Shown piece after piece: positions 1-9,769 of a DNA stretch of 64,000 nucleotides. The position numbers and the translations under genes were made by a program. Within the stretch, counting starts at the first letter, position 1; the number at the start of each line of letters is the position of its first letter. The stretch spans positions 156,778-220,777 of the forward strand of contig JADIZB010000001.1 of NCBI GenBank assembly GCA_016705005.1, in the 5' to 3' direction. Under the pieces are notes generated by a model. That model was not told the origin of the DNA. It saw only the letters and a list, made by a program, of their open reading frames with translations, and made no database searches. Source of the DNA: Bacteroidales bacterium (GTDB lineage Bacteria > Bacteroidota > Bacteroidia > Bacteroidales > Lentimicrobiaceae).

Positions 1-523
1 CAGATCTTTGTTTGTCGAAGAACCAATCTTCCTTTACTCTGAAACGTTTGACATCCGAAGGGTTGAATTTCACAGAGATCACTGTATCGTACCAGTCGTA
101 AGGAGGGTAAGGTCGCTGCATAGGAACAGAGTCAACCCTTTCAAGTCTGTTCATAATTTCCTGGTAGGTAAGCGGAACCAGGAACTCATCGGTAGTTGAA
201 GAAGCGTCGTAAGCTGTGATGGTACCTTCCTTAAGGGCATCCATCATCACCTGCATCAGGCTACGAAGGTCGTTGTGCGGCATTTCAGGGTAGTAAAATG
301 CCTGATTCATCTTTTCGCGGAGATCAATCACACGCCAGATACGCTTGCTCCAGACCACATCGGCCTCGCGTACCCATGGATAGCTGATCGGCTTCTTCTC
401 TATGGTTACTTTCTTATCGTAAATACCATCGCGGGGTGGGCTATCAAGCACCTGGGATAACCCTGTTTTTGCAAAACCGGCCATCAACAGAACAATGGCA
501 AGAAAACCAAATACTTTTTTCAT
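1..523 (-). CDS. gldN: Gliding motility/T9SS protein GldN/PorN, 3' end runs off the window
   Basis: Not in the ORF track. Hand translation from ATG at 523: MKKVFGFLAIVLLMAG...PYPWVREADVVWSKRIWRVIDLREKMNQAFYYP...VKRFRVKEDWFFDKQRS, with GldN motifs; lies downstream of gldM. Confidence 0.93.
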   Translation of the reverse strand, partial: MKKVFGFLAIVLLMAGFAKTGLSQVLDSPPRDGIYDKKVTIEKKPISYPWVREADVVWSKRIWRVIDLREKMNQAFYYPEMPHNDLRSLMQVMMDALKEGTITAYDASSTTDEFLVPLTYQEIMNRLERVDSVPMQRPYPPYDWYDTVISVKFNPSDVKRFRVKEDWFFDKQRS

Positions 524-619
524 CCGTTACTGATTTGTTTACAGCATTCACAATAATGTATGCTGAGATTTCATTTCAAATATTCCGGCGATCCGGAAAG
601 ATTCAATCTGGTAATTTAT

Positions 620-656
620 CCATACCGGTTATACTTGATCAATATAGCCGGTATGG
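620..656. repeat. Inverted repeat/hairpin between gldM and gldN
   Basis: ccataccgg-ttata-cttgatcaa-tatag-ccggtatgg; a second short hairpin ttccgg-cgat-ccggaa lies at 583-598. Confidence 0.6.
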
Positions 657-684
657 AGTTTTTAAAACGTATTCCGAAGAACAA

Positions 685-2247
685 TTATTGTACAATGATG
701 CTGATGGTTCCGAGTTTACGGTTACCGTCAGGACCTTTGGCCATGATGTTTTCGAGCCAGATACGCTGGCCGCGTTTACTGTTCGAGATAAAGGTCTGCA
801 TTTCATCGGTCAGCCTGTTACCTGTTCCCGGACGCTCATAGGTATCACCACCGCGAACGCCGACAAAGGTGAATGAAACGATCTCGAATGTAAGGTCGAA
901 ATCAAAATCCTCCGGCATTTTCGGGATTATCGCCCTGGAAGCCAACAGCATGTTTTTCTGAACCGGACCTCCGTCGGTATTGGCAATGTATGCTTTCGGA
1001 TCCGGAACCCTTTTTATACGGAATTCTGCAGTACCCATATTTCTGGAAGTTTTACCGTCATTGTGTTTAACAGTGATGGTAGCTTTCTGTCCGAGGGGAA
1101 CCCTGACAACCCAGTTTTTGCCATCGGAAGCACGTCTTATGGTTCCTGTGGTGATATCAGCCGAAATCTGTGATTCTGGAATACCGGAAGCTGCAATAGA
1201 AACCGGATTATCAACATTGGCATAGAAAACATTCATTTTCGTCGGCGCCACGGTTAATGATGGGGTCATAACGAAATATTCACTTTCAAAGGGGTATTCC
1301 TTCAGATTGCCTTCAGGATCCTTTACTTTGATGGTACCGCTATATTTTTGCAGACCAGTAGAGCCTGCAGGAACAGAATATTTAGCAACTCCATCTTCAG
1401 TTGGAAGTGTTCTACCACCAATAATTACCATAGGATCCTGCTTTGAATCTACTGCGGCAACCATAATATCGGCCTCATAGGTATCACCTTTGAAAACCAG
1501 TTTTGAGTTCGGGATAACCTTGGCATTCAGAACATCGAACTTATAGTCCTTCGATGTAACTGAATTCAGAAGTTTTGTAACAACATCACCTTCGATGGTA
1601 CGCACGTCGGCAATCAGTTTATTCAGAAAAGTAACATTCGCCGCGAGGATGATGTGATAAAAATTATGCATTTCCCAATTTTGCTTTGCACCACTGGCAT
1701 CGCGGAAAGGGCCTTCAGTGTCGAGACCAAGTTTTATTGTAGCACGGTCTTTCTCATCAAGAAGGTTAACAATATCCTTTTTGAACTGAATAATGTTATC
1801 TTTTAATTCACGTGATTTACCTTTAGAACCATCCTGCGAATTACCAATAAAATAATTGGTACTTACATCATACTTGTCTTTAGCTTCAATATCACGCAAT
1901 GGGGTAGTTTTGGCTACTTCCAGGGGAATGCCTTCCGATTTTGAAATAACTTCATATTTCACCTGATCAATAAATGCAATCAACTCATCGGCATGCTTTT
2001 TGGCTTCCTGGGCCTTTGCCCAGAAAGGGCCCACTTTTGCTTGATTTAACAGGTGCTGCTGTTCAAAACGCGCATAGGTTTCGTCATTCTTTGATTTGAG
2101 GTTATCGTTGGTGCCCTCAATGCTTTTGTTAACAATCACAAAAGCCTCAATGATTTCAACAGAAACATTCAAAGCCAGCAGCGCAGTCAACACCAGGTAC
2201 ATCATCGCGATCATTTTTTGACGCGGTGTCTCCTTGTATCCAGCCAT
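685..2247 (-). CDS. gldM: T9SS/gliding motor protein GldM/PorM
   Basis: 520 aa; N-terminus MAGYKETPRQKMIAMMYLVLTALLALNVS; PTKMNVFYANVDNPVSIAASG and KRVPDP motifs; operon position. Confidence 0.96.
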   Translation of the reverse strand: MAGYKETPRQKMIAMMYLVLTALLALNVSVEIIEAFVIVNKSIEGTNDNLKSKNDETYARFEQQHLLNQAKVGPFWAKAQEAKKHADELIAFIDQVKYEVISKSEGIPLEVAKTTPLRDIEAKDKYDVSTNYFIGNSQDGSKGKSRELKDNIIQFKKDIVNLLDEKDRATIKLGLDTEGPFRDASGAKQNWEMHNFYHIILAANVTFLNKLIADVRTIEGDVVTKLLNSVTSKDYKFDVLNAKVIPNSKLVFKGDTYEADIMVAAVDSKQDPMVIIGGRTLPTEDGVAKYSVPAGSTGLQKYSGTIKVKDPEGNLKEYPFESEYFVMTPSLTVAPTKMNVFYANVDNPVSIAASGIPESQISADITTGTIRRASDGKNWVVRVPLGQKATITVKHNDGKTSRNMGTAEFRIKRVPDPKAYIANTDGGPVQKNMLLASRAIIPKMPEDFDFDLTFEIVSFTFVGVRGGDTYERPGTGNRLTDEMQTFISNSKRGQRIWLENIMAKGPDGNRKLGTISIIVQ

Positions 2248-2295
2248 AATCTATATTTAAATAAGTATTGTTAGAAAATCCGTTAATAAACCTGC

Positions 2296-3150
2296 TTATT
2301 TCAAATTCACGTTCATGGCTGCAAGCATGTTGCCATAAACATTGTTCAGTGCAGAAACCTTCTTGGTAAGGTTATCAAGTTCCTGTCTGTAGCGGTTCAT
2401 TTCCTGGCTTGATTCGTTGAGGTGACCCAGATACTGGTTCAATGTAGTATGAAGCTTATTGGTATCTTCAACATTGGTGCTTGAACTCTTAAGTTGAAGT
2501 TCATAAGCTGCATTGAGGGCTGCCAGATTGCTTGAAATTTTCTGTAACTGCTCGTTGTATGCTTTGTTGTCAAGTCCTGAGAAATCAAACTTCTCAACAG
2601 ATTTGGCAAGAGCCTGAGCCGATTGCTGATAACTACCGGTTAACTGGGCAGTAGATTCTGCAGCCTTAACGATATTGAGTGACAAATCGTTAACTGATTT
2701 TGAGGCATTGGTAAGGTTCTTGGTATAATCGTTGGTAGCAACAGCTGCGCTGGACATGTCAGCCATTTTTCCGGCATTTTCACTCAGCGTTCTTAAGCCA
2801 TTGCCCAGGCTCTGAATAAGTTCCGGACCAATTTTAGCTTTTTCAAGCATTCCGTCAAGCTCTTGTGTTGGTGTTTTCCCCTTGGGTCCACCGGTTTCAC
2901 CGCCATGATACATTCCGGCCAGTTCCGGATAAACAAGACTCCAGTCAGGTTCAACGTGAGGTGGTTCAAAAGCTGAAAAGAAGAAAATCAGTGCTTCGGT
3001 ACCCAGACCAACGATGAGCATCTCATTGGCACCGGTGTAGTGATTGATTTTGAAAAGTGCTCCAAGAATAACGACAGCAGCTCCCCATCCATAAAGCTTT
3101 GCCATGAAGTTTCTGAACCCTCTTCCTCTGACTAAATTATTCAATCCCAT
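2296..3150 (-). CDS. gldL: T9SS/gliding motor protein GldL/PorL
   Basis: 284 aa; YGWGAAVVILGALFKINH...GLGTEALIFFFSAFEPP, DWSLVYPEL, C-terminal LNNVYGNMLAAM. Confidence 0.96.
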   Translation of the reverse strand: MGLNNLVRGRGFRNFMAKLYGWGAAVVILGALFKINHYTGANEMLIVGLGTEALIFFFSAFEPPHVEPDWSLVYPELAGMYHGGETGGPKGKTPTQELDGMLEKAKIGPELIQSLGNGLRTLSENAGKMADMSSAAVATNDYTKNLTNASKSVNDLSLNIVKAAESTAQLTGSYQQSAQALAKSVEKFDFSGLDNKAYNEQLQKISSNLAALNAAYELQLKSSSTNVEDTNKLHTTLNQYLGHLNESSQEMNRYRQELDNLTKKVSALNNVYGNMLAAMNVNLK

Positions 3151-3241
3151 GATTATTGAGTGTTAATTTGTTGATTTATTGATTAATTAAGGTCTGTTCT
3201 GAAATAAATTGATCCGGATAAACAGGAAATGTAATACCGGC

Positions 3242-4597
3242 TTAGTTGTATATTTTGGAAGCGCGTGCAGGATTGTCATCCTTCTGGCGACCCATATAAT
3301 TCTGAACACAGCGGAAACCGATGTAGCATTTTGCTGTATCCTGAAACTCATATGCCCTGGAATTGACCTGCAGATAATAGGAGATATCTTTCCATGAACC
3401 GCCACGTACTACTTTACGTTTCAGTGCGGGGGGATCGCTGTCCTTCGCATTGTAACTGTATGCCGGATTCATATCCCATGTAAAGTTATAGGATGATTCA
3501 TCATAGGCATCATTGGTCCATTCAGCAACGTTACCGGCCATATCATATAATCCAAAGTCGTTTGCCGGGTAATGTGCTACGATAACAGGTGTAAGACCTC
3601 CATCGTCAACATAATTTCCACGCAAAGGTTTGAAGTTGGCAAGGAAACATCCTTTTTCGTTGCGGGTGTAAGGTCCACCCCATGGATAGGGACTAAAAGA
3701 GTTGCCACCACGGGCAGCCCACTCCCACTCGGCCTCGGTAGGAAGCCTGAACTCATTCACAACCGCATTGCCTTTGCTATTCAGATAGGCACGAAGCAAT
3801 TCGGTACGCCAGATTGCAAACGCCTTGGCCTGTTTCCAGTTTACACCTACTACAGGGTAGTTATCGTAAGCAGGATGCCAGAAGTAGCGTTCGGTCATGG
3901 GATCGTTGTATGAATAGGCATAATCATGAATCCAGGTAAGGGTATCGGGATATACATTGATCACTTCTTTACGCACATAAAGTGAGCGGTCTTTTAAGCC
4001 CTGGGGCCGATTGGCAAGACCAGCATTGATTGGATCTCCGGCAGAAAAGTCCTTTCCGGCGGCAGCTTTGAAATCAACCCAGTAATACTCATAAAAGAGC
4101 TTACGGGTATCGATTTCCTTGCGACGGAAATAACGCTCATGTTCAGGTAAAAACATATCTGAAAGGGCTTCACGCTCTTCCTCACCGGTCCATTTGATCT
4201 CAGTCTTCCAGTTCAGGAAAGGCGGATCATAGGTCTCCCCCGTCTTTTTATTTTCTTCAATGAGAAATTCCTCAGGTTTCACTTCACCTAACTTCCTCCG
4301 GGCAATAGAATCTCTGACCCAGAATACGAACTGGCGGTATTCATTGTTGGTTATCTCGGTTTCGTCCATGTAGAAAGCGCTGACAGAAACAGTCCGCGGA
4401 TCGTTAATATGCGCGTAAGGCACATCCTGGTCGCCGACACCCATAGTGAAACTTCCCATCGGAATATAGGCCATACCAAACGGATCCGGCTGATAGAATT
4501 TTTCCCGCTTTGAAACACCTACAAGTTCACCGTTTCCTGAATTTCCACAGCTACTCAGGATAAGGGCAGCGATGATGTAGTTGAAGAGTCTTTTCAT
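3242..4597 (-). CDS. gldK: T9SS lipoprotein GldK/PorK (FGE-sulfatase domain)
   Basis: Start trimmed to ATG 4597 (MKRLFNYIIAALILSSC, lipobox); FYMDETEITNNEYRQFV, RLPTEAEWEWAARGG, GLYDMAGNVAEW, RGGSWKD. Confidence 0.95.
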   Translation of the reverse strand: MKRLFNYIIAALILSSCGNSGNGELVGVSKREKFYQPDPFGMAYIPMGSFTMGVGDQDVPYAHINDPRTVSVSAFYMDETEITNNEYRQFVFWVRDSIARRKLGEVKPEEFLIEENKKTGETYDPPFLNWKTEIKWTGEEEREALSDMFLPEHERYFRRKEIDTRKLFYEYYWVDFKAAAGKDFSAGDPINAGLANRPQGLKDRSLYVRKEVINVYPDTLTWIHDYAYSYNDPMTERYFWHPAYDNYPVVGVNWKQAKAFAIWRTELLRAYLNSKGNAVVNEFRLPTEAEWEWAARGGNSFSPYPWGGPYTRNEKGCFLANFKPLRGNYVDDGGLTPVIVAHYPANDFGLYDMAGNVAEWTNDAYDESSYNFTWDMNPAYSYNAKDSDPPALKRKVVRGGSWKDISYYLQVNSRAYEFQDTAKCYIGFRCVQNYMGRQKDDNPARASKIYN

Positions 4598-4672
4598 GTT
4601 TGTAACTGATTTTAATGCAAATAACGGCTTAACCAAATCTTTAGTATGGGCTTCCCCGAATTTTTGAACCGA

Positions 4673-4680
4673 CAAAAATA
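4673..4680 (-). promoter_or_regulatory. Bacteroidota sigma-ABfr -7 box upstream of gldK
   Basis: tatttttg on the minus strand (TAnnTTTG), 76 bp above the gldK start. Confidence 0.5.
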
Positions 4681-4709
4681 GCAATATAATTATTCCAACC
4701 AAATTTCTT

Positions 4710-5693
4710 TTACAGGAAACGGGTATTTCTGAAACTTCTTTTCGCTTTCTCAAGTTCAAGTTTGAAACAATATCGAACCATGATTTCGTGACTACCTGCT
4801 CCACCAATTTTTGATAAAGGGATATCATAAGCGTATCCAATACCAATATCTTTAATGTTCAGACCCAGCATAACCGCAGCAGTTTCCTGAAAACGGTAAG
4901 TCAATCCTCCCCAGAATTTCCTGTTATATTCAAGAGTAGCATTGAGATCAACCTGAAATGTGGTTCCGTCGAATTTCGCAAATACACTGGGAATGAATAC
5001 ATAGGCAGGATTCCTGATCCATGAGATTTCATAACCGGCAGTTCCGTAATAGTGCCTGCGAAGTTTAAATTCAGCCCCGTTACTGCTGGTACCGAGTTTA
5101 CGTGATCCTTCAAGTAATTGTGTGGAAGAAATTCCCAGGTACAATCCGTTGGGCTCCATATAAAATGCTCCGATAGCCAGATCGGTAAACATTGTGCTTT
5201 CATTTCCACCTGTAAGCAGAGGATCTCCTCCATCAACCGGTTTAAGTTTGCCAATATCCAGTGTTTTGTTCAAAAATCCAACATTGAAACCTATTCCCAA
5301 CTCTCCGTTTCCAACAGGCCGGTTGTATGCATATCCAAGTTTTACGTAAACATCCTTAAAATAGCCGATCTTGTCCTGCATCACAGTCGCAGAAACCCCG
5401 CCTCTCAATATCCTTATGGGTGAATCACCCGAAATAATAAATGTCTGGGGCGAAACCTTATTGCCTTCAGCATCGTCAATGCCTACCCATTGCTCCCTGA
5501 TAAACCCGGTAACACAGATAGCATCACGCAATCCGGCGTATCCGGGGTTCACAGCCATATGGTTAAACCTGTTAAGGGTTATCTGAGGCTCCTGTTGAGC
5601 CATAACTGCTAACGGAAAAATAAATCCTGTAAGCAGTAACAGCGCAAAATGGTGCATACGCCTGACCAATAAATGCGTAGTAATTCCTGTCAT
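4710..5693 (-). CDS. porP: PorP/SprF family T9SS membrane protein
   Basis: 327 aa; FNHMAVNPGYAG, REQWVG, IGYAYDIPLS...GSHEIMVRYCF; lies upstream of gldK. Confidence 0.9.
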   Translation of the reverse strand: MTGITTHLLVRRMHHFALLLLTGFIFPLAVMAQQEPQITLNRFNHMAVNPGYAGLRDAICVTGFIREQWVGIDDAEGNKVSPQTFIISGDSPIRILRGGVSATVMQDKIGYFKDVYVKLGYAYNRPVGNGELGIGFNVGFLNKTLDIGKLKPVDGGDPLLTGGNESTMFTDLAIGAFYMEPNGLYLGISSTQLLEGSRKLGTSSNGAEFKLRRHYYGTAGYEISWIRNPAYVFIPSVFAKFDGTTFQVDLNATLEYNRKFWGGLTYRFQETAAVMLGLNIKDIGIGYAYDIPLSKIGGAGSHEIMVRYCFKLELEKAKRSFRNTRFL

Positions 5694-5869
5694 TTCTCTA
5701 AACTGACCGATTGTTAATACAGCCTGGTTAAAATCAAAAAAGCCTTATTCAGTAGTTGTAATCCCCGATATTTCCCCGAAATACCCTGTAATTTGAAGGC
5801 AGGTAAATCTAATAACCCCAAAAACCCAGATTTATTTTATTGAGCTGCTTTATTTATCAAATTAAGTCA

Positions 5870-5877
5870 CAAAGGTA
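5870..5877 (-). promoter_or_regulatory. -7 promoter box for the porP-gldKLMN operon
   Basis: tacctttg on the minus strand (TAnnTTTG). Confidence 0.55.
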
Positions 5878-6136
5878 ATATTTTACAGATTGATTGTTCC
5901 ATCTGATTTAAAAAAGATGATAAAACATTTTAAAAAGTGAACGATTTAAAAAATGAGTGTCCTTGTCAGATATACTCTGCATAATTACACATAAACAGAA
6001 ATTATATAATTGATTTTCAACATTATAAGAATTAACCAACGGAATTTCCATAGTTAGTTTTTTGGATACTACAGAAATCAATATGTAGATAGTTATAATT
6101 ACTGCAATTGAACCGTATGTTTACCTGTTTTCTGCA

Positions 6137-6144
6137 TAGCTTTG
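6137..6144 (+). promoter_or_regulatory. -7 promoter box for the yitT pair
   Basis: tagctttg 50 bp above ATG 6194. Confidence 0.6.
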
Positions 6145-6193
6145 CAGTCGAAATTTACCTGAATGCTATTTATCTCATTAACAATACAATAAC

Positions 6194-7120
6194 ATGGCTT
6201 TTTTACAAAACGAACGGCTTTTTTCAAAAAAATGGTTTATCGCCTATGCGCTGACCATTCTTGGTTCATTTATTCTGGCGGCAGGCTTTGTTTTTTTCAT
6301 TAATCCATACAACATTGTACCTGGCGGTGTATATGGCATCGGCATTGTTGTTCATCACATGACGAAAGGTCTATTCTCCTTCTGGCCAACCGGTATTCCC
6401 ATCGGATTGTTCGGGCTCGTACTGAACATTCCTCTGACCATCATCGGTGTAAAAGTACTCGGGCCCAGGTTCGGCATAAAGACCATAGTCGGGTTTGTAC
6501 TCACCTCAGTTTTCATGGATATACTGACCATTTTTTTTGGAGAAAAAGACCCGCTGGGCCTGGCCAACGATATCCTGATGGCCTGTATTTTCGGCGGGGT
6601 ATTGATCGGATTTGGCCTCGGACTTATTTTCAAGGCAAAGGCGACTTCAGGTGGATCTGACATCGTAGCCATGATAATCGCAAAATACACCCGTTTGCCC
6701 CTTGGCCAGCTGATGATCTATGTAGATTCAGTTATTGTCCTCTTTGGGTTGATCGTATTCAGGGACTGGCACATCCCCCTTTATTCATGGATCGTTATCT
6801 TCGTTACCGGTAAAGTTATCGACATCACCATGCAGGGTGTGAGTTATGACAAAACCCTGTTTATTGTCTCAAGTCAGTTTGAGCTGATCAGGGACAAGAT
6901 CATCAATGACCTGAACCGCGGAGGGACCTTTATCCCCGGGAAAGGCATGTTCAACAATTCGGACAAGACCATTATCTTTACAGTATTGAACAGACGCGAG
7001 CTTGCTATTCTGGAAGAATACATCCATCAGGTTGACTCAAAAGCCTTCGTCACTGTAATGGATGCCAATGAAATACTTGGTGAAGGGTTCAAATCCCTGC
7101 ACGATAAAATAACCGAGTAA
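6194..7120 (+). CDS. YitT family membrane protein (C-terminal DUF2179), copy 1
   Basis: 308 aa; PGGVYGIGI, ATSGGSDIVA, LNRGGT, DANEILGEGFKSL. Confidence 0.9.
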   Translation: MAFLQNERLFSKKWFIAYALTILGSFILAAGFVFFINPYNIVPGGVYGIGIVVHHMTKGLFSFWPTGIPIGLFGLVLNIPLTIIGVKVLGPRFGIKTIVGFVLTSVFMDILTIFFGEKDPLGLANDILMACIFGGVLIGFGLGLIFKAKATSGGSDIVAMIIAKYTRLPLGQLMIYVDSVIVLFGLIVFRDWHIPLYSWIVIFVTGKVIDITMQGVSYDKTLFIVSSQFELIRDKIINDLNRGGTFIPGKGMFNNSDKTIIFTVLNRRELAILEEYIHQVDSKAFVTVMDANEILGEGFKSLHDKITE

Positions 7121-7167
7121 CCAATCCGTTCTGGTCTGAATCAGGCTGGTACTGCAAATGAGATGAT

Positions 7168-8061
7168 ATGGCATTTCTTCAGAAAGATAAACTTTTTACC
7201 CGGAAATGGTTCACTTCATACGCATTGATTGTGACCGGAACCTTCCTTGTTTCAGTGGGGTATGTGTATTTTATCACGCCTTACAGAATTGTACCCGGAG
7301 GGATATATGGCATCTCAATTGTTCTTCATTACCTGTTCGGACTACCTGTCGGAGCTGTTGCCCTTGCCTTTAACATTCCGCTCACCATCATTGGTACAAG
7401 GGTGCTTGGACCCAGGTTTGGAACCAAAACAGTGGTCGGGTTTGTCATGACTTCTGCATTTGTAGACCTGCTTTCCTATTTTTCAGGATTTAAGCCACTT
7501 GTTGATAGTGACCCGCTGCTATCGTCCATATTCGGAGGAGCACTGGTTGGTGCAGGTGTCGGACTGATTTTCAAATCCAAGGCCACATCCGGCGGCTCAG
7601 ATGTAATCGCCATGATCATAGCCCGCTATACAAAACTTCCACTTGGGCAACTGATGATGGGCGTCGATTCGGTGATCGTCCTGGTAGGCTTCATCGCATT
7701 TGGCGACTGGCGAATTCCGCTTTATTCATGGATCACCATATTTGTTATGGGAAAAGTGATTGATGCCGTGCTTTCAGGCATTTCATATGAAAAAACCATT
7801 CTGATCGTTTCGGATCAGCATGAAGCCATCAGAGACAAGATCATCAATGATCTGAACAGGGGTGGCACCTTTCTGAACGGGGAAGGTATGTATAACGGCA
7901 CCAGTAAGAAAGTGATTTTTACTGTTGTAAACCGCCGGGAACTGGCTATACTGGAAGAATTTATCAATAAAACAGATCCAAAAGCTTTTCTTACAGTAAT
8001 GGATGCCAATGAGATCCTTGGGCAGGGATTTAAATCGCTGAAAGACAAACTGGAAGATTGA
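7168..8061 (+). CDS. YitT family membrane protein, copy 2
   Basis: 297 aa; PGGIYGISI, ATSGGSDVIA, DANEILGQGFKSL; aligns end to end with copy 1. Confidence 0.9.
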   Translation: MAFLQKDKLFTRKWFTSYALIVTGTFLVSVGYVYFITPYRIVPGGIYGISIVLHYLFGLPVGAVALAFNIPLTIIGTRVLGPRFGTKTVVGFVMTSAFVDLLSYFSGFKPLVDSDPLLSSIFGGALVGAGVGLIFKSKATSGGSDVIAMIIARYTKLPLGQLMMGVDSVIVLVGFIAFGDWRIPLYSWITIFVMGKVIDAVLSGISYEKTILIVSDQHEAIRDKIINDLNRGGTFLNGEGMYNGTSKKVIFTVVNRRELAILEEFINKTDPKAFLTVMDANEILGQGFKSLKDKLED

Positions 8062-8389
8062 ATTTTTCTGAATCCGGTTAGCGATTGCCCCACCAAAATC
8101 TGTTACATTATCGTATACGGATCCCTGTTTAGCAACTTGTTCCTATTAAAAACATCTTGGTTTTGTTCCGGATTACGCATTGCAGCATTGGCAATCTGAA
8201 ACGAGGCAAACAGGCATATTCTGAATGCTGCCCGGAGCCTGGGAAGCAGGATGAAAGAAAATAACGGTATATGACGCCAATTCACCCACAGGCCTGTATG
8301 CATCAGCCGCAAGGCTCATAGCCCGCTGATCAATCCGAACCAGGAAATTTTACTCTGAGCCAAGGACCAAAATCCGGTGTCAGTAATGT

Positions 8390-9709
8390 TTACCTGAACA
8401 GTTTGATTATATCATTACCATTGGCAAAGATGAGCAACCCGAACAACAAAACCATCCCGACAATCTGTGCATATTCCAGAAATTTGTCGGAAGGCTTCCG
8501 ACCTGTGATCATCTCATAAAGCAGGAACATTACATGTCCCCCGTCGAGTGCAGGGATCGGAAGCACATTGAGGATCGCAAGCATGATTGAAAGAAAGGCT
8601 GTAAGGCCCCAGAATGCAGCCCAGTCCCAGTCAGAAGGGAAAATACTGCCAATGGTGATAAATCCACCGACTGACTCATAGGCTTTGACTTCAGGAGAGA
8701 ACAGTAGTTTCAGCTGTTTCAGGTAATTGCCAACCCCTTTCCATGTTTTGGTAAAGCCTGCCGGAACCGCTGCGATGAGTGAATATTCCTTTTCGCTGAA
8801 TTTGAACTGGCTGGCCGGATTGGTAGAGGCACCGATCATACCTGATTCAGGAACAGTCATTTTATACGATAAGGTATCCTTTCCCCGAAGAACCTTCAGA
8901 CTGATTTCCATTGTTTTGTATTCAGGCAGCAAAGCCCTGAACTGATCGAAATATTCAACCAGTGAATCGTTGATACCGATCACCCGGTCACCCTTTTTAA
9001 CACCGGCGGCTTCAGCCACCGATTCTTTTGAGAATCCTTCCACTACAAAGGGCATTCTGGCATTGATAAAATCGGGTGACTGATGCTTCAGCAGTTTTGC
9101 CATGTATCCGGACGGAATTTCCACCGTATAGGGCTGCCCGTCGCGGATTACCTGTATTGTCCTGGCGTTGTCAAGAATAATCCGGCCAGGAATTTTAAAG
9201 AAATCTTCAACCTGCTGATTATCTACTGTGAGTATCCTGTCACCATTCTTCAATCCCATTTCCTGCGCTACTGAATCAGCAACAATGCCATATTTGACTT
9301 CGGAAGTCGGAAGATACTGCTCTCCCCATATCCAGAGCATTCCAATATAAATAGCGATGGCCAGCAGAATATTCACGGTAACACCACCCAGCATAATGAT
9401 CAGACGCTGCCACGACGGCTTGCTCCTGAATTCCCAGGGTTGCGGCGGCAGTTGCATCTGCTCCTTGTCCATCGATTCATCAATCATACCCGATATTTTT
9501 ACATATCCGCCCAGAGGAAGCCAGCCAACACCATATTCTGTTTCACCCCTTTTAAACTTTAGAAGCGAAAACCAGGGGTCAAAGAACAGGTAAAACTTTT
9601 CCACACGGGTTTTAAATATTTTGGCTGTTATAAAATGCCCGAATTCGTGAAAAATAACGAGAATTGATAAACTCAGGAGTAACTGGGCAGCTTTGATCAG
9701 AATTTCCAT
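8390..9709 (-). CDS. rseP: RIP metalloprotease RseP (M50, PDZ)
   Basis: HEFGH zinc motif, GWLPLGGYVKI, NVLPIPALDGGH. Confidence 0.95.
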   Translation of the reverse strand: MEILIKAAQLLLSLSILVIFHEFGHFITAKIFKTRVEKFYLFFDPWFSLLKFKRGETEYGVGWLPLGGYVKISGMIDESMDKEQMQLPPQPWEFRSKPSWQRLIIMLGGVTVNILLAIAIYIGMLWIWGEQYLPTSEVKYGIVADSVAQEMGLKNGDRILTVDNQQVEDFFKIPGRIILDNARTIQVIRDGQPYTVEIPSGYMAKLLKHQSPDFINARMPFVVEGFSKESVAEAAGVKKGDRVIGINDSLVEYFDQFRALLPEYKTMEISLKVLRGKDTLSYKMTVPESGMIGASTNPASQFKFSEKEYSLIAAVPAGFTKTWKGVGNYLKQLKLLFSPEVKAYESVGGFITIGSIFPSDWDWAAFWGLTAFLSIMLAILNVLPIPALDGGHVMFLLYEMITGRKPSDKFLEYAQIVGMVLLFGLLIFANGNDIIKLFR

Positions 9710-9769
9710 TTTTATTTCTTAGTGTTTTAATTGAACTTACTTAACAACTTTTCAATGTTATGGTTTCAT

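Noticed and set aside
8-876. Plus-strand ORFs 8..199, 275..460, 436..876 and 560..841
   Set aside because: Antisense shadows of gldN and gldM with no recognisable motifs
4598-4846. 83-codon N-terminal extension of gldK overlapping porP
   Set aside because: The lipoprotein signal starts at ATG 4597, a promoter box lies inside the extension, and it would overlap the porP 3' end
7085-7100. ggttcaaatcc, resembling a tRNA T-loop (also at about 16251)
   Set aside because: Both lie inside coding sequence (GFKSL, CSNPN) and no cloverleaf can be built
8062-8389. 328-bp gap between yitT2 and rseP with an agcc-gcaa-ggct hairpin and a 69-aa ORF
   Set aside because: No Rfam-like motif I recognise, no promoter box and no protein features; a search would be needed
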